Assembly: GCA_016927015.1 (NCBI GenBank)
Contig: JAFGNM010000117.1
Location: 29,182 to 93,181 of the forward strand
Length of the DNA: 64,000 nt
Direction of reading: 5' to 3'
Source: Candidatus Bathyarchaeota archaeon
GTDB taxonomy: Archaea; Thermoproteota; Bathyarchaeia; Bathyarchaeales; Bathycorpusculaceae
Part shown: positions 1 to 9,759 of the stretch, one piece after another
Layout of the letters: each line of letters opens with the position of its first letter
How positions within the stretch are numbered: position 1 is the first letter of the stretch
Program-made: the position numbers and the translations under genes
The notes under the pieces: model-generated
The model's input: the letters and a program-made list of their open reading frames with translations, nothing else
The model's database searches: none
Told to the model about the DNA's origin: nothing

Positions 1-1013
1 TCACGTGGTTTTGAGGAAAACCATTTAATTGTTCTTCTAAGTCCATCTTCAAACTTAACTTGCGGCTTCCATCCCACAAGCGCGTCTAATTTGCTCATGT
101 ATGGGCATCTTCTTTTCGGGTCATCCTTCGGCAAAGGATGAAAAGTCACAGGAGACTTGCACTTAGTTATCTCTTTAATCCTCTTTGCTAACTCTAGAAT
201 AGTCATTTCTTTGGAGTTTCCGATATTTACTACTTCACCTTTTGCTTTTTCATTGGTTGTCAGCAACATCAAACCCGTAACTGTGTCAGTTATGTAGCAG
301 AATGATCTGGTCTGTTTTCCATCTCCATACACTGTTATAGCGTCATTTGCCCTCGCCTGAGCTATGAAACGGGACATCGCTCTTCCATATAATCCATCCT
401 CTCTCAAACGTGGACCGTACGAATTGAAAATTCTAGGAATCTTCACATCCAATCCATACTGTTTGTGGTAAGCTACAAGCAAAGCTTCCGCGAAGCGTTT
501 GCCCTCGTCATAGCATGACCTAGGCCCAATTGGGTTTACTTTTCCCCAATAACTCTCAGGTGTAGGCACAACTTCAGCGTCACCATAAACTTCCGAAGTG
601 GAAGCAAACAAAAGAGTGGCATCATTCTTTCTAGCTAACTCTGCCATGTTAGCGCTGCCAAAGGCGCTAGTTTGTAACGTTTCAATTGGATGAATTTGGT
701 ACTCGTCAGGGGAAGCATGCCCTGCCATGTGAAGAATGAATTCGATTTTTTCTTTGTTCTTGAAGGTGCAAACGTCACATTTTACAAATTTGAACTTTGG
801 GTTTTTTGTGAGGTGGTCGATATTTTTCATTCTTCCTGTCGATAAATCATCCACCGCCACTACTTTGGCGCCTAAGCTGATAAATACATCACAGAGCCAA
901 CTGCCAATGAATCCGGCGCCTCCCGTGACAAGCACATTTTTTCCAGCGAATTTGTCTTCTTTTACAAGTTTTTTGATATTCTCAAGGTCTTCTAGAATTA
1001 TGTCATCTATCAC
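1..1013 (-). CDS. uxs: UDP-glucuronate decarboxylase / UDP-xylose synthase-like extended SDR (last few C-terminal residues lie beyond the window edge)
   Basis: A minus-strand frame that is absent from the ORF track because it runs off the window. It translates to ...KNVLVTGGAGFIGSWL...SCYDEGKRFAE...GDGKQTRSFCY.... It has a Rossmann GxxGxxG motif and the YxxxK catalytic pair in the YDEGKR context typical of UXS-type SDRs. The GTG start at 1013 overlaps the upstream stop (TAGTG). Confidence 0.75.
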   Translation of the reverse strand, partial: MIDDIILEDLENIKKLVKEDKFAGKNVLVTGGAGFIGSWLCDVFISLGAKVVAVDDLSTGRMKNIDHLTKNPKFKFVKCDVCTFKNKEKIEFILHMAGHASPDEYQIHPIETLQTSAFGSANMAELARKNDATLLFASTSEVYGDAEVVPTPESYWGKVNPIGPRSCYDEGKRFAEALLVAYHKQYGLDVKIPRIFNSYGPRLREDGLYGRAMSRFIAQARANDAITVYGDGKQTRSFCYITDTVTGLMLLTTNEKAKGEVVNIGNSKEMTILELAKRIKEITKCKSPVTFHPLPKDDPKRRCPYMSKLDALVGWKPQVKFEDGLRRTIKWFSSKPR

Positions 1014-1879
1014 TATTTGGATCTCCTGCACAAACGATTGTATGATAACGATAACGCGTCCCAATATCTTTCAGGGCTACCTATATCCAAATGAGCGTAA
1101 CTTTTATCCAATTTAACTGCGTATACGTTTAGTCCCCAGTCAATAAGTTTCTGAATTGCATCTGTTAGCTGGACTTCCTGGTTTTTTCCGGCTTGGGTCG
1201 CCTCTAATGCCTTAAAAATAATTGGGTGGAAGACATACATCGCCATGATTGCCAAATTAGTTGGTGGTTTATCTGGTTTTTCGACCGCGGTTTTAACCTT
1301 TAAAACTCCGTCTTCTACTTCGTCTCCTTCAATGATTCCGTATTGCCGAGGGTTCTCAATCTCCAATACAATAAACGCTGCGTCCGCCTTAAACCGTTCA
1401 TATACATTTAGCAACTTTTTGATGTAATCCATATCCTTAGATATTATGACGCTGTCGCCAGCATGCACCAGACAAGGCTCGTTTTGGACAAAAGGCTGTG
1501 CCATCAGAACTGCGTTGCCGAATCCTTTAGGCTCAGGCTGATTAACCCACATAATATTTGAAGTTTCGAGTTTTTCGTAGAAACCTTCAAGGTCCGTAGC
1601 TTGACCGTTCTTACCCATACCTTCAAGCGTTCTAATGCACTTATCGTCAGGAGTGAAATGGTCCTCTATGCCTCGCTTTCCCCTGCCAACAATGTAACAA
1701 AACTCCCGAAGCCCAGCATTGTACACTTGCTCAAAAACCATCTGTACCACAGGCTTCACTGATATGCTCCCATCGGCAGTCACAGAAAATATTGGCAGCA
1801 TCTCCTTAGGCTGCTCCTTAGTGGCTGGGAATAAACGTGTTCCCAAACCAGCCGCGGGAATCACAACTTTGCGAATCAT
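1013..1879 (-). CDS. galU: UTP--glucose-1-phosphate uridylyltransferase
   Basis: 288-aa ORF. The N-terminus VIPAAGLGTRLFPATKEQPKEMLPI matches the GalU/UGPase nucleotidyltransferase signature. Confidence 0.85.
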   Translation of the reverse strand: MIRKVVIPAAGLGTRLFPATKEQPKEMLPIFSVTADGSISVKPVVQMVFEQVYNAGLREFCYIVGRGKRGIEDHFTPDDKCIRTLEGMGKNGQATDLEGFYEKLETSNIMWVNQPEPKGFGNAVLMAQPFVQNEPCLVHAGDSVIISKDMDYIKKLLNVYERFKADAAFIVLEIENPRQYGIIEGDEVEDGVLKVKTAVEKPDKPPTNLAIMAMYVFHPIIFKALEATQAGKNQEVQLTDAIQKLIDWGLNVYAVKLDKSYAHLDIGSPERYWDALSLSYNRLCRRSK

Positions 1880-1934
1880 TAAATCTCCTCTTCCACACTT
1901 TTCTGAGACAACTAATATATATTTAATGTGAAGA

Positions 1935-3317
1935 TTGAAACTGAATTATTATACGCATCTGAGCGTGATTGGCTTGAAGAAACCAAAAATATCAGTTATA
2001 GGTGTAGGTTATGTTGGCCTGTGTACGGCTGTTGGCTTCGCAAGCAAAGGATACACGGTCATAGCTTCCGATAATGTGGCTGAAAAGGCTACCAAAATAA
2101 ACAAAGGAATCCCGATATTCCATGAACCTGGTCTGCAAAACCTGCTTGAAGAAGCCGTTGAGAATGGTCGGCTTAAATGTTTAATCAACCAGACAGAAAA
2201 AGCAGTTTTCGACACAGATCTGACTTTTGTTGCTGTGGGCACTCCAAGTAACTCCGATGGCAGCATAAACCTTCAATTTACGGAATTAGCCGCGCATGAT
2301 GTTGGCAAGGCATTGAACAAAAAAGACGCGTATCATGTTGTGGTGATAAAAAGCACCGTCGTTCCTGGAACAACACAAGACATAGTTAAGCCAATCCTCG
2401 AAAAAGAATCGAAGAAGAAGTGTGGGTCAGGCTTCGGTTTATGCATGAACCCCGAATTCCTTCGCCAAGGCTCTGCCTTCGAGGACACAATGCACGCAGA
2501 CCGCCTAGTAATAGGTGAATATGACAAGAAATCTGGTGATGCTCTGGAAAGTCTATACGAAGAATTCTACGGCAAAAATATGCCGCCTACAGTTCACACT
2601 TCTCTTTCAACCGCCGAGCTTATCAAATATGCTAGCAACTCATTGCTTGCCACTAAAATCAGTTTTATCAACATGATTGCGAACTTATGCGAAAAGCTTC
2701 CCGGTGCAGACGTAAAAGTCGTGGCTAATGCTGTGGGGTTGGATAAAAGGATTGGTCCACTATTTCTAAATGCTGGTTTGGGCTACGGCGGCTCATGCTT
2801 TCCGAAAGATGTAAAGGCTCTGATAGCCTGTTCTAAAAATCTTGGTTATCGTCTTAGCCTTCTAGAAGAAGTCGAAAGTGTGAACGAAGTCCAGCCTCTG
2901 AGAGCTGTTGAGTTCTGCAAAGAGCTGCTCGGAAACAATCTCACAGGCAAGCACGTGGCAATTCTCGGTTTAGCGTTCAAAGCAAACACTGACGACATGA
3001 GAGAAGCCCGAGTGATTCCAATAATAAACCAACTAATAAAAGAAGGCGCAAACGTAACTGCCTACGACCCTGTTGCCACCCCAACTGCAAAAACCATTTT
3101 CCAAAATAAAATCCAATACGCGAACTCGGCAATAGCCTGCCTCAAGAACGCTGACTGCTGCATCCTCGTCACCGAATGGGAAGAATTCAAAAAACTTACG
3201 CCGGCAGATTTCACCAAAAACATGAAGCAACCCATACTCATCGACGGTAGAAGAATCTACAACCCAGAAACGTTCAGCAAAAAACTCAAGTTCACCGCCA
3301 TAGGACTTGGCAAGTAA
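1935..3317 (+). CDS. ugd: UDP-glucose 6-dehydrogenase
   Basis: 460-aa ORF with the NAD-binding motif VIGVGYVGLCTAVGFA and the catalytic-Cys motif GGSCFPKD. It is divergent from galU. The TTG start at 1935 is uncertain. Confidence 0.9.
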   Translation: MKLNYYTHLSVIGLKKPKISVIGVGYVGLCTAVGFASKGYTVIASDNVAEKATKINKGIPIFHEPGLQNLLEEAVENGRLKCLINQTEKAVFDTDLTFVAVGTPSNSDGSINLQFTELAAHDVGKALNKKDAYHVVVIKSTVVPGTTQDIVKPILEKESKKKCGSGFGLCMNPEFLRQGSAFEDTMHADRLVIGEYDKKSGDALESLYEEFYGKNMPPTVHTSLSTAELIKYASNSLLATKISFINMIANLCEKLPGADVKVVANAVGLDKRIGPLFLNAGLGYGGSCFPKDVKALIACSKNLGYRLSLLEEVESVNEVQPLRAVEFCKELLGNNLTGKHVAILGLAFKANTDDMREARVIPIINQLIKEGANVTAYDPVATPTAKTIFQNKIQYANSAIACLKNADCCILVTEWEEFKKLTPADFTKNMKQPILIDGRRIYNPETFSKKLKFTAIGLGK

Positions 3318-3504
3318 ACTCTGGCATTAGCCGAATCAACAAGATGAGTGTTCGATGTGATGACTGAAAAGTTCTTCGTATGTGTAGATGGAGTCTAAAT
3401 TAAAGATGGGAAACTCGCTTTTGGAGCTTTAGGAAAACGTCTTTAACAGGAAAATCGCACAAGTCTTAATATTAACTGGTCATTAAAAGGATTCAGGGGT
3501 CTGT

Positions 3505-4563
3505 ATGAAAGCACTTGTGCTCAGCGGCGGTAAAGGCACTAGATTGCGACCTTTAACCTTCACGTGCGCCAAACAGCTTATTCCAGTGGCTAACAAACCC
3601 ATCTTGGGTTACGTGCTTGATCAAGTGGCGGCAACTGGCATAAAGAAAGTCGGCGTTATTACTGCTCCAGAAACCGGCCAGTATGTTGAAGATTACGTTA
3701 GCGACGGTTCAAAATGGGCCCTAAGTGTTGACTATATTTCTCAGGAGCCTCTTGGTTTGGCGCATGCGGTTAAAACTGCGCAGCCATTTCTCGCTCAGGA
3801 CTCTTTTGTTATGTGTTTGGGCGATAACGTGACTGGTCAAGGCTTGAACGCTTTTGTCCAGAAGTTCCAGAAAGAGCGTCTTGACGCTCTTATTATCCTG
3901 AAGGAAGTGGATAATCCCTCAAGCTTCGGTATAGCCCAACTGGATAATGAGGGCAACATTGTTAGGCTGGTGGAGAAGCCTAAAACGCCGATGGGGAATC
4001 TTGCCATAATCGGAACGTACCTTTTCTCCAACAAGGTGCACAAGGCTATAGCGCGCATAAAGCCTTCGTGGCGGGGCGAACTCGAAATAACCGATGCTGT
4101 CCAAGAAATGATAAACATGGGCTTCACGGTCAAGGCTGAAATCCTCAATTCATGGTGGCTGGACACGGGCAAAAAAGACGACATACTCTCAGCTAACGCC
4201 AAAATACTAGACGAGTACATAGAGCGTGACATCAAAGGCAACGTAGCAGATAGTACCATAGACGGGCGGGTCAAAGTGGAAGCCAGCGCAAAGGTAGTTA
4301 ACAGCACAGTCAGAGGACCCTGCATAATAGGAAAAAACGCTTTAATCGAGAACTCTTTCATAGGTCCTTATACGAGCATTGGCGACAACTCCAAAATCTT
4401 GAACTCTAACCTCGAATACTGCGTTACATTGGAAAACGTTATCGTAACAGATGTAGAACGGTTAGAAGACAGCCTAATTGGCAAGAACGCAAAAGTAACC
4501 AAAAACCAAAAAAACAGAACAATCAAACTTCATATAGGCGATTACTCAGAAGTGGAAGTCTAA
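3505..4563 (+). CDS. rmlA: glucose-1-phosphate thymidylyltransferase (long form with C-terminal left-handed beta-helix)
   Basis: MKALVLSGGKGTRLRPLTFTCAKQLIPVANKP signature. The C-terminus carries hexapeptide-like repeats (IGPYTSIGDNSKILNSNLEY...). Confidence 0.85.
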   Translation: MKALVLSGGKGTRLRPLTFTCAKQLIPVANKPILGYVLDQVAATGIKKVGVITAPETGQYVEDYVSDGSKWALSVDYISQEPLGLAHAVKTAQPFLAQDSFVMCLGDNVTGQGLNAFVQKFQKERLDALIILKEVDNPSSFGIAQLDNEGNIVRLVEKPKTPMGNLAIIGTYLFSNKVHKAIARIKPSWRGELEITDAVQEMINMGFTVKAEILNSWWLDTGKKDDILSANAKILDEYIERDIKGNVADSTIDGRVKVEASAKVVNSTVRGPCIIGKNALIENSFIGPYTSIGDNSKILNSNLEYCVTLENVIVTDVERLEDSLIGKNAKVTKNQKNRTIKLHIGDYSEVEV

Positions 4564-4641
4564 CGACGCGCCGCATGGACCCAAAAATAACAACCATTAT
4601 AAAATATTCCCCAGAAATATGATTCCAGACAAAAACAAAAC

Positions 4642-5157
4642 TTGGAAAAAACCATGTTAAAAGGAATAACGATCAAACCAACGAAGCGCTTTTCAGACGA
4701 GAGAGGCTTCTTCACAGAAGTAATGCGTAACGACTGGAAAGACGTTTTCGCAGAAGATAAAGTCGCACAGGCAAACCTTTCAGTAACATATCCCGGTGTT
4801 ATCCGAGCTTGGCACAGACATCTGAGAGGGCAAACAGACTACTTCATAGCCCTGAAAGGAGCCATAAAAATATGTGCCTACGACGAAAAAACTGAAGAAC
4901 TGGACGAGATAGTCTCCACTGGCCAAGATATGCAAGTAGTTCGCATGCCCGGTCATTATTGGCACGGCTTTAAAGCCGTTGGCAACGAGCCGGCAATGCT
5001 GCTTTACTTCACTACAAACTTGTACGATTATGCAAATCCAGATGAGGAGCGCAGAGCTTGGAACGACCCGACTCTCATACCAAAGTCTATAAACGGAAAA
5101 GCAGACGACCCACGCGTCGGCAAACCTTGGGATTGGAACCAACCACCTCATAAGTGA
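4642..5157 (+). CDS. rmlC: dTDP-4-dehydrorhamnose 3,5-epimerase
   Basis: 171-aa cupin with FSDERGFFTE and IRAWHRH motifs. It sits between rmlA and rmlB. The start could instead be the ATG at 4654. Confidence 0.8.
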   Translation: MEKTMLKGITIKPTKRFSDERGFFTEVMRNDWKDVFAEDKVAQANLSVTYPGVIRAWHRHLRGQTDYFIALKGAIKICAYDEKTEELDEIVSTGQDMQVVRMPGHYWHGFKAVGNEPAMLLYFTTNLYDYANPDEERRAWNDPTLIPKSINGKADDPRVGKPWDWNQPPHK

Positions 5158-5162
5158 AAAGT

Positions 5163-6170
5163 ATGAAACTTCTCGTAACCGGCGGCTTAGGCTTCATCGG
5201 AAGCAACTTCTGCAGGTACATACTCAATAAGCACTCTGAATATGAGCTGACAAACTTAGACAAGGTTGGTATAGGCGCCAACCCTGCAAATTTGCGCGAT
5301 ATAGAGAACGACAAAAGGTACACTTTCATAAAAGGCGACATCTGCAACCCTCAGCTTCTAAACAAAATAATCCGGGATGTGGATGCCGTCGTGAACATCG
5401 CGGCGGAAACTCATGTAGACCGAAGTATAGCTGATCCATACATGTTCCTTCAAAACAACACGGTAGGCACTTTCACCATCTTAGAGGCTATAAGAAAACG
5501 CAACGAAAAAGCCCGATTAGTTCACGTGTCAACCGACGAAGTCTATGGTCAAGCGCTCGAGGGGTCGTTCACAGAAGACACCCCGACCAACCCATCGAAC
5601 CCCTATTCAGCCTCAAAAGCCGCAGCAGACATGTTTGTATTATCTTACCATAAAACCTACGACTTGGACGTATCCATCACGAGATGTACAAACAACTTTG
5701 GACCTTACCAACTCCCAGAAAAACTTATCCCCAAAACTGTTATCCGCGCGCTAAGGAACCTTCCCATACCAATCTACGGCTCAGGAACCAACATCCGTGA
5801 CTGGATTTACGCGCAAGATCACTGTGAAGCCATAGACGCCGTTCTGCAGGGAGGAAAAGCTGGTGAAGTGTATAACGTCTCTGCTGGAAATGAGATTCCC
5901 AATATTGAAATCGCCAAAAAAATCTTGGCTATACTGCACAAACCAGAAAGTTTGATAACTTTTGTGGAAGACCGCCCAGGTCATGATGTAAGATATAGTT
6001 TGGATTCAACGAAAACACGATCCATGCTAGGGTGGCAACCCAAGTTTTCTTTCAAGCAATCACTGGAATCAACCATACGATGGTACGTTGAAAATGAACA
6101 ATGGTGGACCCCGCTCGCCACAGAAGCCATTCTCCATCCGACACCGTGGAAACAAAGGGGTGCAAATTGA
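5163..6170 (+). CDS. rmlB: dTDP-glucose 4,6-dehydratase
   Basis: MKLLVTGGLGFIGSNF, STDEVYG and YSASKAAADM (SDR YxxxK) motifs. The ATG at 5163 is preferred over the GTG at 5154 used in the ORF track. Confidence 0.9.
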   Translation: MKLLVTGGLGFIGSNFCRYILNKHSEYELTNLDKVGIGANPANLRDIENDKRYTFIKGDICNPQLLNKIIRDVDAVVNIAAETHVDRSIADPYMFLQNNTVGTFTILEAIRKRNEKARLVHVSTDEVYGQALEGSFTEDTPTNPSNPYSASKAAADMFVLSYHKTYDLDVSITRCTNNFGPYQLPEKLIPKTVIRALRNLPIPIYGSGTNIRDWIYAQDHCEAIDAVLQGGKAGEVYNVSAGNEIPNIEIAKKILAILHKPESLITFVEDRPGHDVRYSLDSTKTRSMLGWQPKFSFKQSLESTIRWYVENEQWWTPLATEAILHPTPWKQRGAN

Positions 6171-7087
6171 AACTCCTTATCACAGGCGCAAGCGGTCTAT
6201 ATGGTTCAAAACTAGCTGAGCTGGCTACAGCAAGGAATTACAAGGTCTACTCTGGATACAGCCGAGACCAACCTGCTTACGGCGCTCCTATTCAGTTTGA
6301 TGTTTCAGACAAAAATCAGGTCGAAGAAGCATTCAAAAAAGCTAATCCAGAGGTCGTGGTGCATGCTGCCGCGTTAACTGATGTTGACAAATGTGAAATA
6401 AACAAAGAACTTGCTTGGAAAATAAACGTTGAAGGCACTAGAAACATTGCTGAAGCAGTTAAAACAAGCCGCGCTTTTCTAATCTACATATCCACAGACT
6501 ACGTATTCAACGGTGAAACAGGACGATATAGGGAGACTGACAGGCCCGACCCAATCAATTATTATGGTCTCACCAAGTTAAAAGCCGAAGAACTCGTTAA
6601 AGACTTGATTGGCGAATACTGCGTAGCAAGAGGCAGCGTCATTTATGGCTCAACTCCCGCAGCAGGCAAAGTCAACTTCGCCTTGTGGGTGCTCAATAAA
6701 CTCAAAAGGAACGAACAAGCGAAAATTGTAACTGACCAGTGGAACTCACCCACTTTGAACACAAACTTGGCTTATATGACGCTGGAAATCATTGAAAGTA
6801 AACTAACTGGAACCTTTCACCTCTCTGGAGCTACACGCATAAACCGATACGACTTTGCCAAACAAATAGCCAAAACTTTCAACTTGGATGCAACCTTGAT
6901 AAGCCCCAGTACATCAGCCGAGTTCTCATGGACCGCCAAAAGACCAAGAGACTCCTCACTTAACACTACAAAAGCTCAACAAACACTAAAAAGCAAACCA
7001 CTACAAATCAAGCAGGCAGTAAAAAGAATGAAACAGGAACTAACACAACTTCCTAAAGTTGCCCAGCCAGACCGCGTAGAAACTTGA
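6167..7087 (+). CDS. rmlD: dTDP-4-dehydrorhamnose reductase
   Basis: KLLITGASGLYGSKL, STDYVFNG and NYYGLTKLKAE motifs. The TTG at 6167 overlaps the rmlB stop (TTGA). The track ATG at 6101 would add 22 non-homologous residues that overlap rmlB. Confidence 0.85.
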   Translation: MKLLITGASGLYGSKLAELATARNYKVYSGYSRDQPAYGAPIQFDVSDKNQVEEAFKKANPEVVVHAAALTDVDKCEINKELAWKINVEGTRNIAEAVKTSRAFLIYISTDYVFNGETGRYRETDRPDPINYYGLTKLKAEELVKDLIGEYCVARGSVIYGSTPAAGKVNFALWVLNKLKRNEQAKIVTDQWNSPTLNTNLAYMTLEIIESKLTGTFHLSGATRINRYDFAKQIAKTFNLDATLISPSTSAEFSWTAKRPRDSSLNTTKAQQTLKSKPLQIKQAVKRMKQELTQLPKVAQPDRVET

Positions 7088-7138
7088 CTTCGTACTTCCC
7101 AGCCTTGTAGCGCGCTTGAACGTGCTTTTTTTGCGTGA

Positions 7139-7294
7139 AAAGCATGCCCTAAAGCTCTCAAGGGTGAGAGACAGGATTTCATTGCAAACTATGTGGTTGC
7201 TGACGCTGAGCATTTGCCTTTCAAGGGCGGCGTTTTTGATGTCGCCTTTTCCAGTCATGTGATTGAGCATGTTCATAATCCGTTTTTGATGTAA
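7139..7294 (+). pseudogene. relic of a class I SAM-dependent methyltransferase (only the C-terminal part of a Methyltransf_11-like domain)
   Basis: The frame reads ...NYVVADAEHLPFKGGVFDVAFSSHVIEHVHNPFLM*. This is the post-motif-I region of SAM methyltransferases. There is no start codon and no GxGxG motif upstream. The frame is closed by a TGA at 7136. Confidence 0.5.
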
Positions 7295-7439
7295 TGGCTA
7301 CTCAAGTCAAGTGTCAGCATAAGAGCAGAACATTGAAGGGAAATGTTAAATCGGTGGAGCATGCAAAGAGTTTAGCGCTGTTTAAGGAGAAATGGAGAAA
7401 AGCCTTGCCAGTTAGGACTACTACACGGATTGTGGAAGC

Positions 7440-8612
7440 TTGAAGATATTATTTGTTAACGTTATTGATTTGGAGAACGCTATCCATAAACGATATTATC
7501 CGTTAGCGTTTGGCTATTTGACAAGTTATTGTCGTAAGAACGGAGTTGAGTTCGAACCTTGTTACGCTGAGAAGCTGAATGAGGATATTTTGCGGACTTT
7601 TCAGCCAGATGTGGTAGCCTTGACCAGCATAACTGAAAATTACAATCTTGCTTGTTCTTATGCACACACAGTCAAAAAATTTAATCCTAAAATTAAAGTC
7701 GTAATTGGAGGAGTTCACATCTCTGCTGTTCCAGAAAGCTTGAGCCCAAGAATGGCTGTTGGAGTTTTGGGTGAAGGAGAGCAGACTTTCATGGAGCTGG
7801 TTAAAGCAGACTTTGAACCAAACGACAACATAAAGGGAATTGTTTATTGGGAATCTAAAAGTCTTCATCAGACCGAAGAGAGACCTCTCATTGAACCTTT
7901 AGACAGTATTCCTCATCCAGACAGAAGTCTATTCGGATTTGAGAATAGACCTCAATACATTTTTACCAGTAGAGGTTGCTGCTACAGATGCAAATTCTGT
8001 TCTTCCAGCAGATTTTGGAAGAAAGTAAGGTTTCACAGTCCAGAATACGTTGCTGAGGAAATCAGGCAACTTGAGGAACTGTTCCACGTAAGCAACGTTA
8101 ACATCTATGATGACCTTTTCATTATGGATGCTGAAAGGGTAAAGCGGATAAGGGACTTGGTTAAGCCTTTTGGTTTAACGTATTCGGTTGCTGCACGGGC
8201 TAACCTCGTAACAGATGATGTTGTATCTGCGCTTAAGGATATGGGCGTGACCGCAATCGGAATAGGAATGGAAAGTCATTCACAGAGAATCTTGGACTAC
8301 TTAGGTAAAGGTAATACAGTGGAGGATAATCAGCGAGCAGTTGACATCATAAGAAAACATAACATTCATCTTCATTGTTCCTTCATCAAAGGTGTTCCAA
8401 TTGAAACTAAAGATGACTTGAAAAAAACCTACACGTTTATCCAGAAGAACAATATTGCTTGCGATTTGTATGAGCTCATGCGGTTTCCTAACACTCCCAT
8501 TTATGAGGGTTCAAAGGATTGGAACGCTTGCAAAGTTCAGTATGCCGAGATACCATCGTATTATAGGTTGAGGCGCTTCGTTTCAAGGCAATTGTATAAA
8601 TTGAAAAATTGA
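7440..8612 (+). CDS. B12-binding-domain radical SAM protein
   Basis: 390 aa. The N-terminal region is B12-binding-like (MKILFVNV...VVALTS...). The radical SAM cluster motif is RGCCYRCKFCSS (CxxxCxxC). TTG start. Confidence 0.85.
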   Translation: MKILFVNVIDLENAIHKRYYPLAFGYLTSYCRKNGVEFEPCYAEKLNEDILRTFQPDVVALTSITENYNLACSYAHTVKKFNPKIKVVIGGVHISAVPESLSPRMAVGVLGEGEQTFMELVKADFEPNDNIKGIVYWESKSLHQTEERPLIEPLDSIPHPDRSLFGFENRPQYIFTSRGCCYRCKFCSSSRFWKKVRFHSPEYVAEEIRQLEELFHVSNVNIYDDLFIMDAERVKRIRDLVKPFGLTYSVAARANLVTDDVVSALKDMGVTAIGIGMESHSQRILDYLGKGNTVEDNQRAVDIIRKHNIHLHCSFIKGVPIETKDDLKKTYTFIQKNNIACDLYELMRFPNTPIYEGSKDWNACKVQYAEIPSYYRLRRFVSRQLYKLKN

Positions 8613-8638
8613 AGGCTAAAACAGAGTAAGCGCGCGCG

Positions 8639-8670
8639 AACCACCTGTATAAACAAAACATATAAACAAA
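8639..8670 (-). repeat. GT-rich block with tandem TTTGTTTATAYG units (inverted copy of 12575-12606)
   Basis: The reverse complement, TTTGTTTATATGTTTTGTTTATACAGGTGGTT, matches 12575-12606 at 30 of 32 positions by hand alignment. It lies directly after the stop of the 8698-9759 gene. Confidence 0.7.
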
Positions 8671-8697
8671 ACCCTCCACCCCACACACAGATATACG

Positions 8698-9759
8698 TCA
8701 CTGGTTTTGATTGCCCAGTGGCTTCGTGGCGCCAACATATTTTTTGAGCGAAAAGATTTCTTCGAAGGAGACGCCTAGCCAAACCACGCTTATAAATCCG
8801 AGGATGACAATCGGTAACAGCCCTACCAAATGGCTTGTTACTCCCATGGCAACAAGCGTTGTCTCTTCTGTAACGCTTAGCGCTAAGAAAATTAGTGCCC
8901 AGAAAATTTCATATGACCCTACGTAGCCTGGTGTGGCGGGTAGGATGTGTGAGAGTGACATGAGGGTTCCACCGAGAATTGCGGCTACAAAGGAGATGGG
9001 CTGATTAAACGCTATAAACGTGAAGTATGTTGCAGACGTGTAGATCAGCCATAGAATCCATGTTATTGACATGTTTGTGATGAACATTTTGGGGTTTTGG
9101 CTGAGTCCTTGTAATCCTTTGATTAGTGAACTTGCGAAATCTGCTATTCTGGTTGTGTATTTTTTAACGAAGGGGATTTTAGATGTGATTCGCGTCAGTA
9201 ACCTTATGATTAAGTCTTCTTTTTTGATGCCTGCAATTATGACTGCGAGTACCACGGCTATGAACACGGCTACCGCTGTGAAGATGTTTACGACTAGGCT
9301 GGACAGGCCTGCTTGGGCGGACACTAAAAACATGGTGACTATGCCTATGCTTAGCAGTCCTATCAGGTCTAAAGTGCGTTCCACAACTATGGAGGATAAG
9401 CCTGGAGCGAACCCTGTTCCTTCTTTCTCGCCTAAGATGTAGGCTCTGACGAATTCTCCGAGTCTTATTGGGATTAAGGTGTTGACCATGGAGCCGATGG
9501 CGGTGGACCAGAACGTGTTGCTGACGCGCACGGTCTTTTTGACGGGGTAAAGCAGGAGTTTCCAGCGGATGGCCCTTAGGATGTACGCGGGTAGGATGAC
9601 TGCGGCAGCTGCGGCAAGCCACAGCGGTGAGGCAGAGCCTATGGCTGCTCCTATTTCGTCTATTCCTGTCCACCAGATTAAGGCGACTAGTAGGAGGATG
9701 CCGACAATGAGAGAGACGCCGATTCTAATCGTGTTCTTTTTGTTGGAACCCAAGAGCAT
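8698..9759 (-). CDS. UPF0104 / LPG-synthase-TM-like flippase-like membrane protein
   Basis: 353-aa polytopic protein. ILRAIRWKLLL...NTLIPIRLGEFVRAYIL...SIVVERTLDLIGLL matches the conserved RW...P.R.GE..R...ER.D pattern of this family. Confidence 0.8.
   Translation of the reverse strand: MLLGSNKKNTIRIGVSLIVGILLLVALIWWTGIDEIGAAIGSASPLWLAAAAAVILPAYILRAIRWKLLLYPVKKTVRVSNTFWSTAIGSMVNTLIPIRLGEFVRAYILGEKEGTGFAPGLSSIVVERTLDLIGLLSIGIVTMFLVSAQAGLSSLVVNIFTAVAVFIAVVLAVIIAGIKKEDLIIRLLTRITSKIPFVKKYTTRIADFASSLIKGLQGLSQNPKMFITNMSITWILWLIYTSATYFTFIAFNQPISFVAAILGGTLMSLSHILPATPGYVGSYEIFWALIFLALSVTEETTLVAMGVTSHLVGLLPIVILGFISVVWLGVSFEEIFSLKKYVGATKPLGNQNQ

Noticed and set aside
736-1116. 126-aa plus-strand ORF from the track, and similar ORFs at 1245-1427 and 1719-1931
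   Set aside because: They lie antisense to the strongly supported uxs and galU frames. They have low-complexity composition and no motifs, so they are shadow ORFs.
3335-3385. C/D-box-sRNA-like strings (AGATGAG ... TGATGACTGA) in the ugd-rmlA spacer
   Set aside because: The TGATGA is immediately followed by CTGA with no ~12-nt guide between the boxes. No second box pair or terminal stem is present.
6101-6166. ATG at 6101 as the rmlD start (ORF-track coordinates)
   Set aside because: It would add 22 residues overlapping the rmlB 3-prime end in another frame, with no similarity to RmlD. The TTG at 6167 gives the canonical KLLITGASG N-terminus and a TTGA stop/start overlap.
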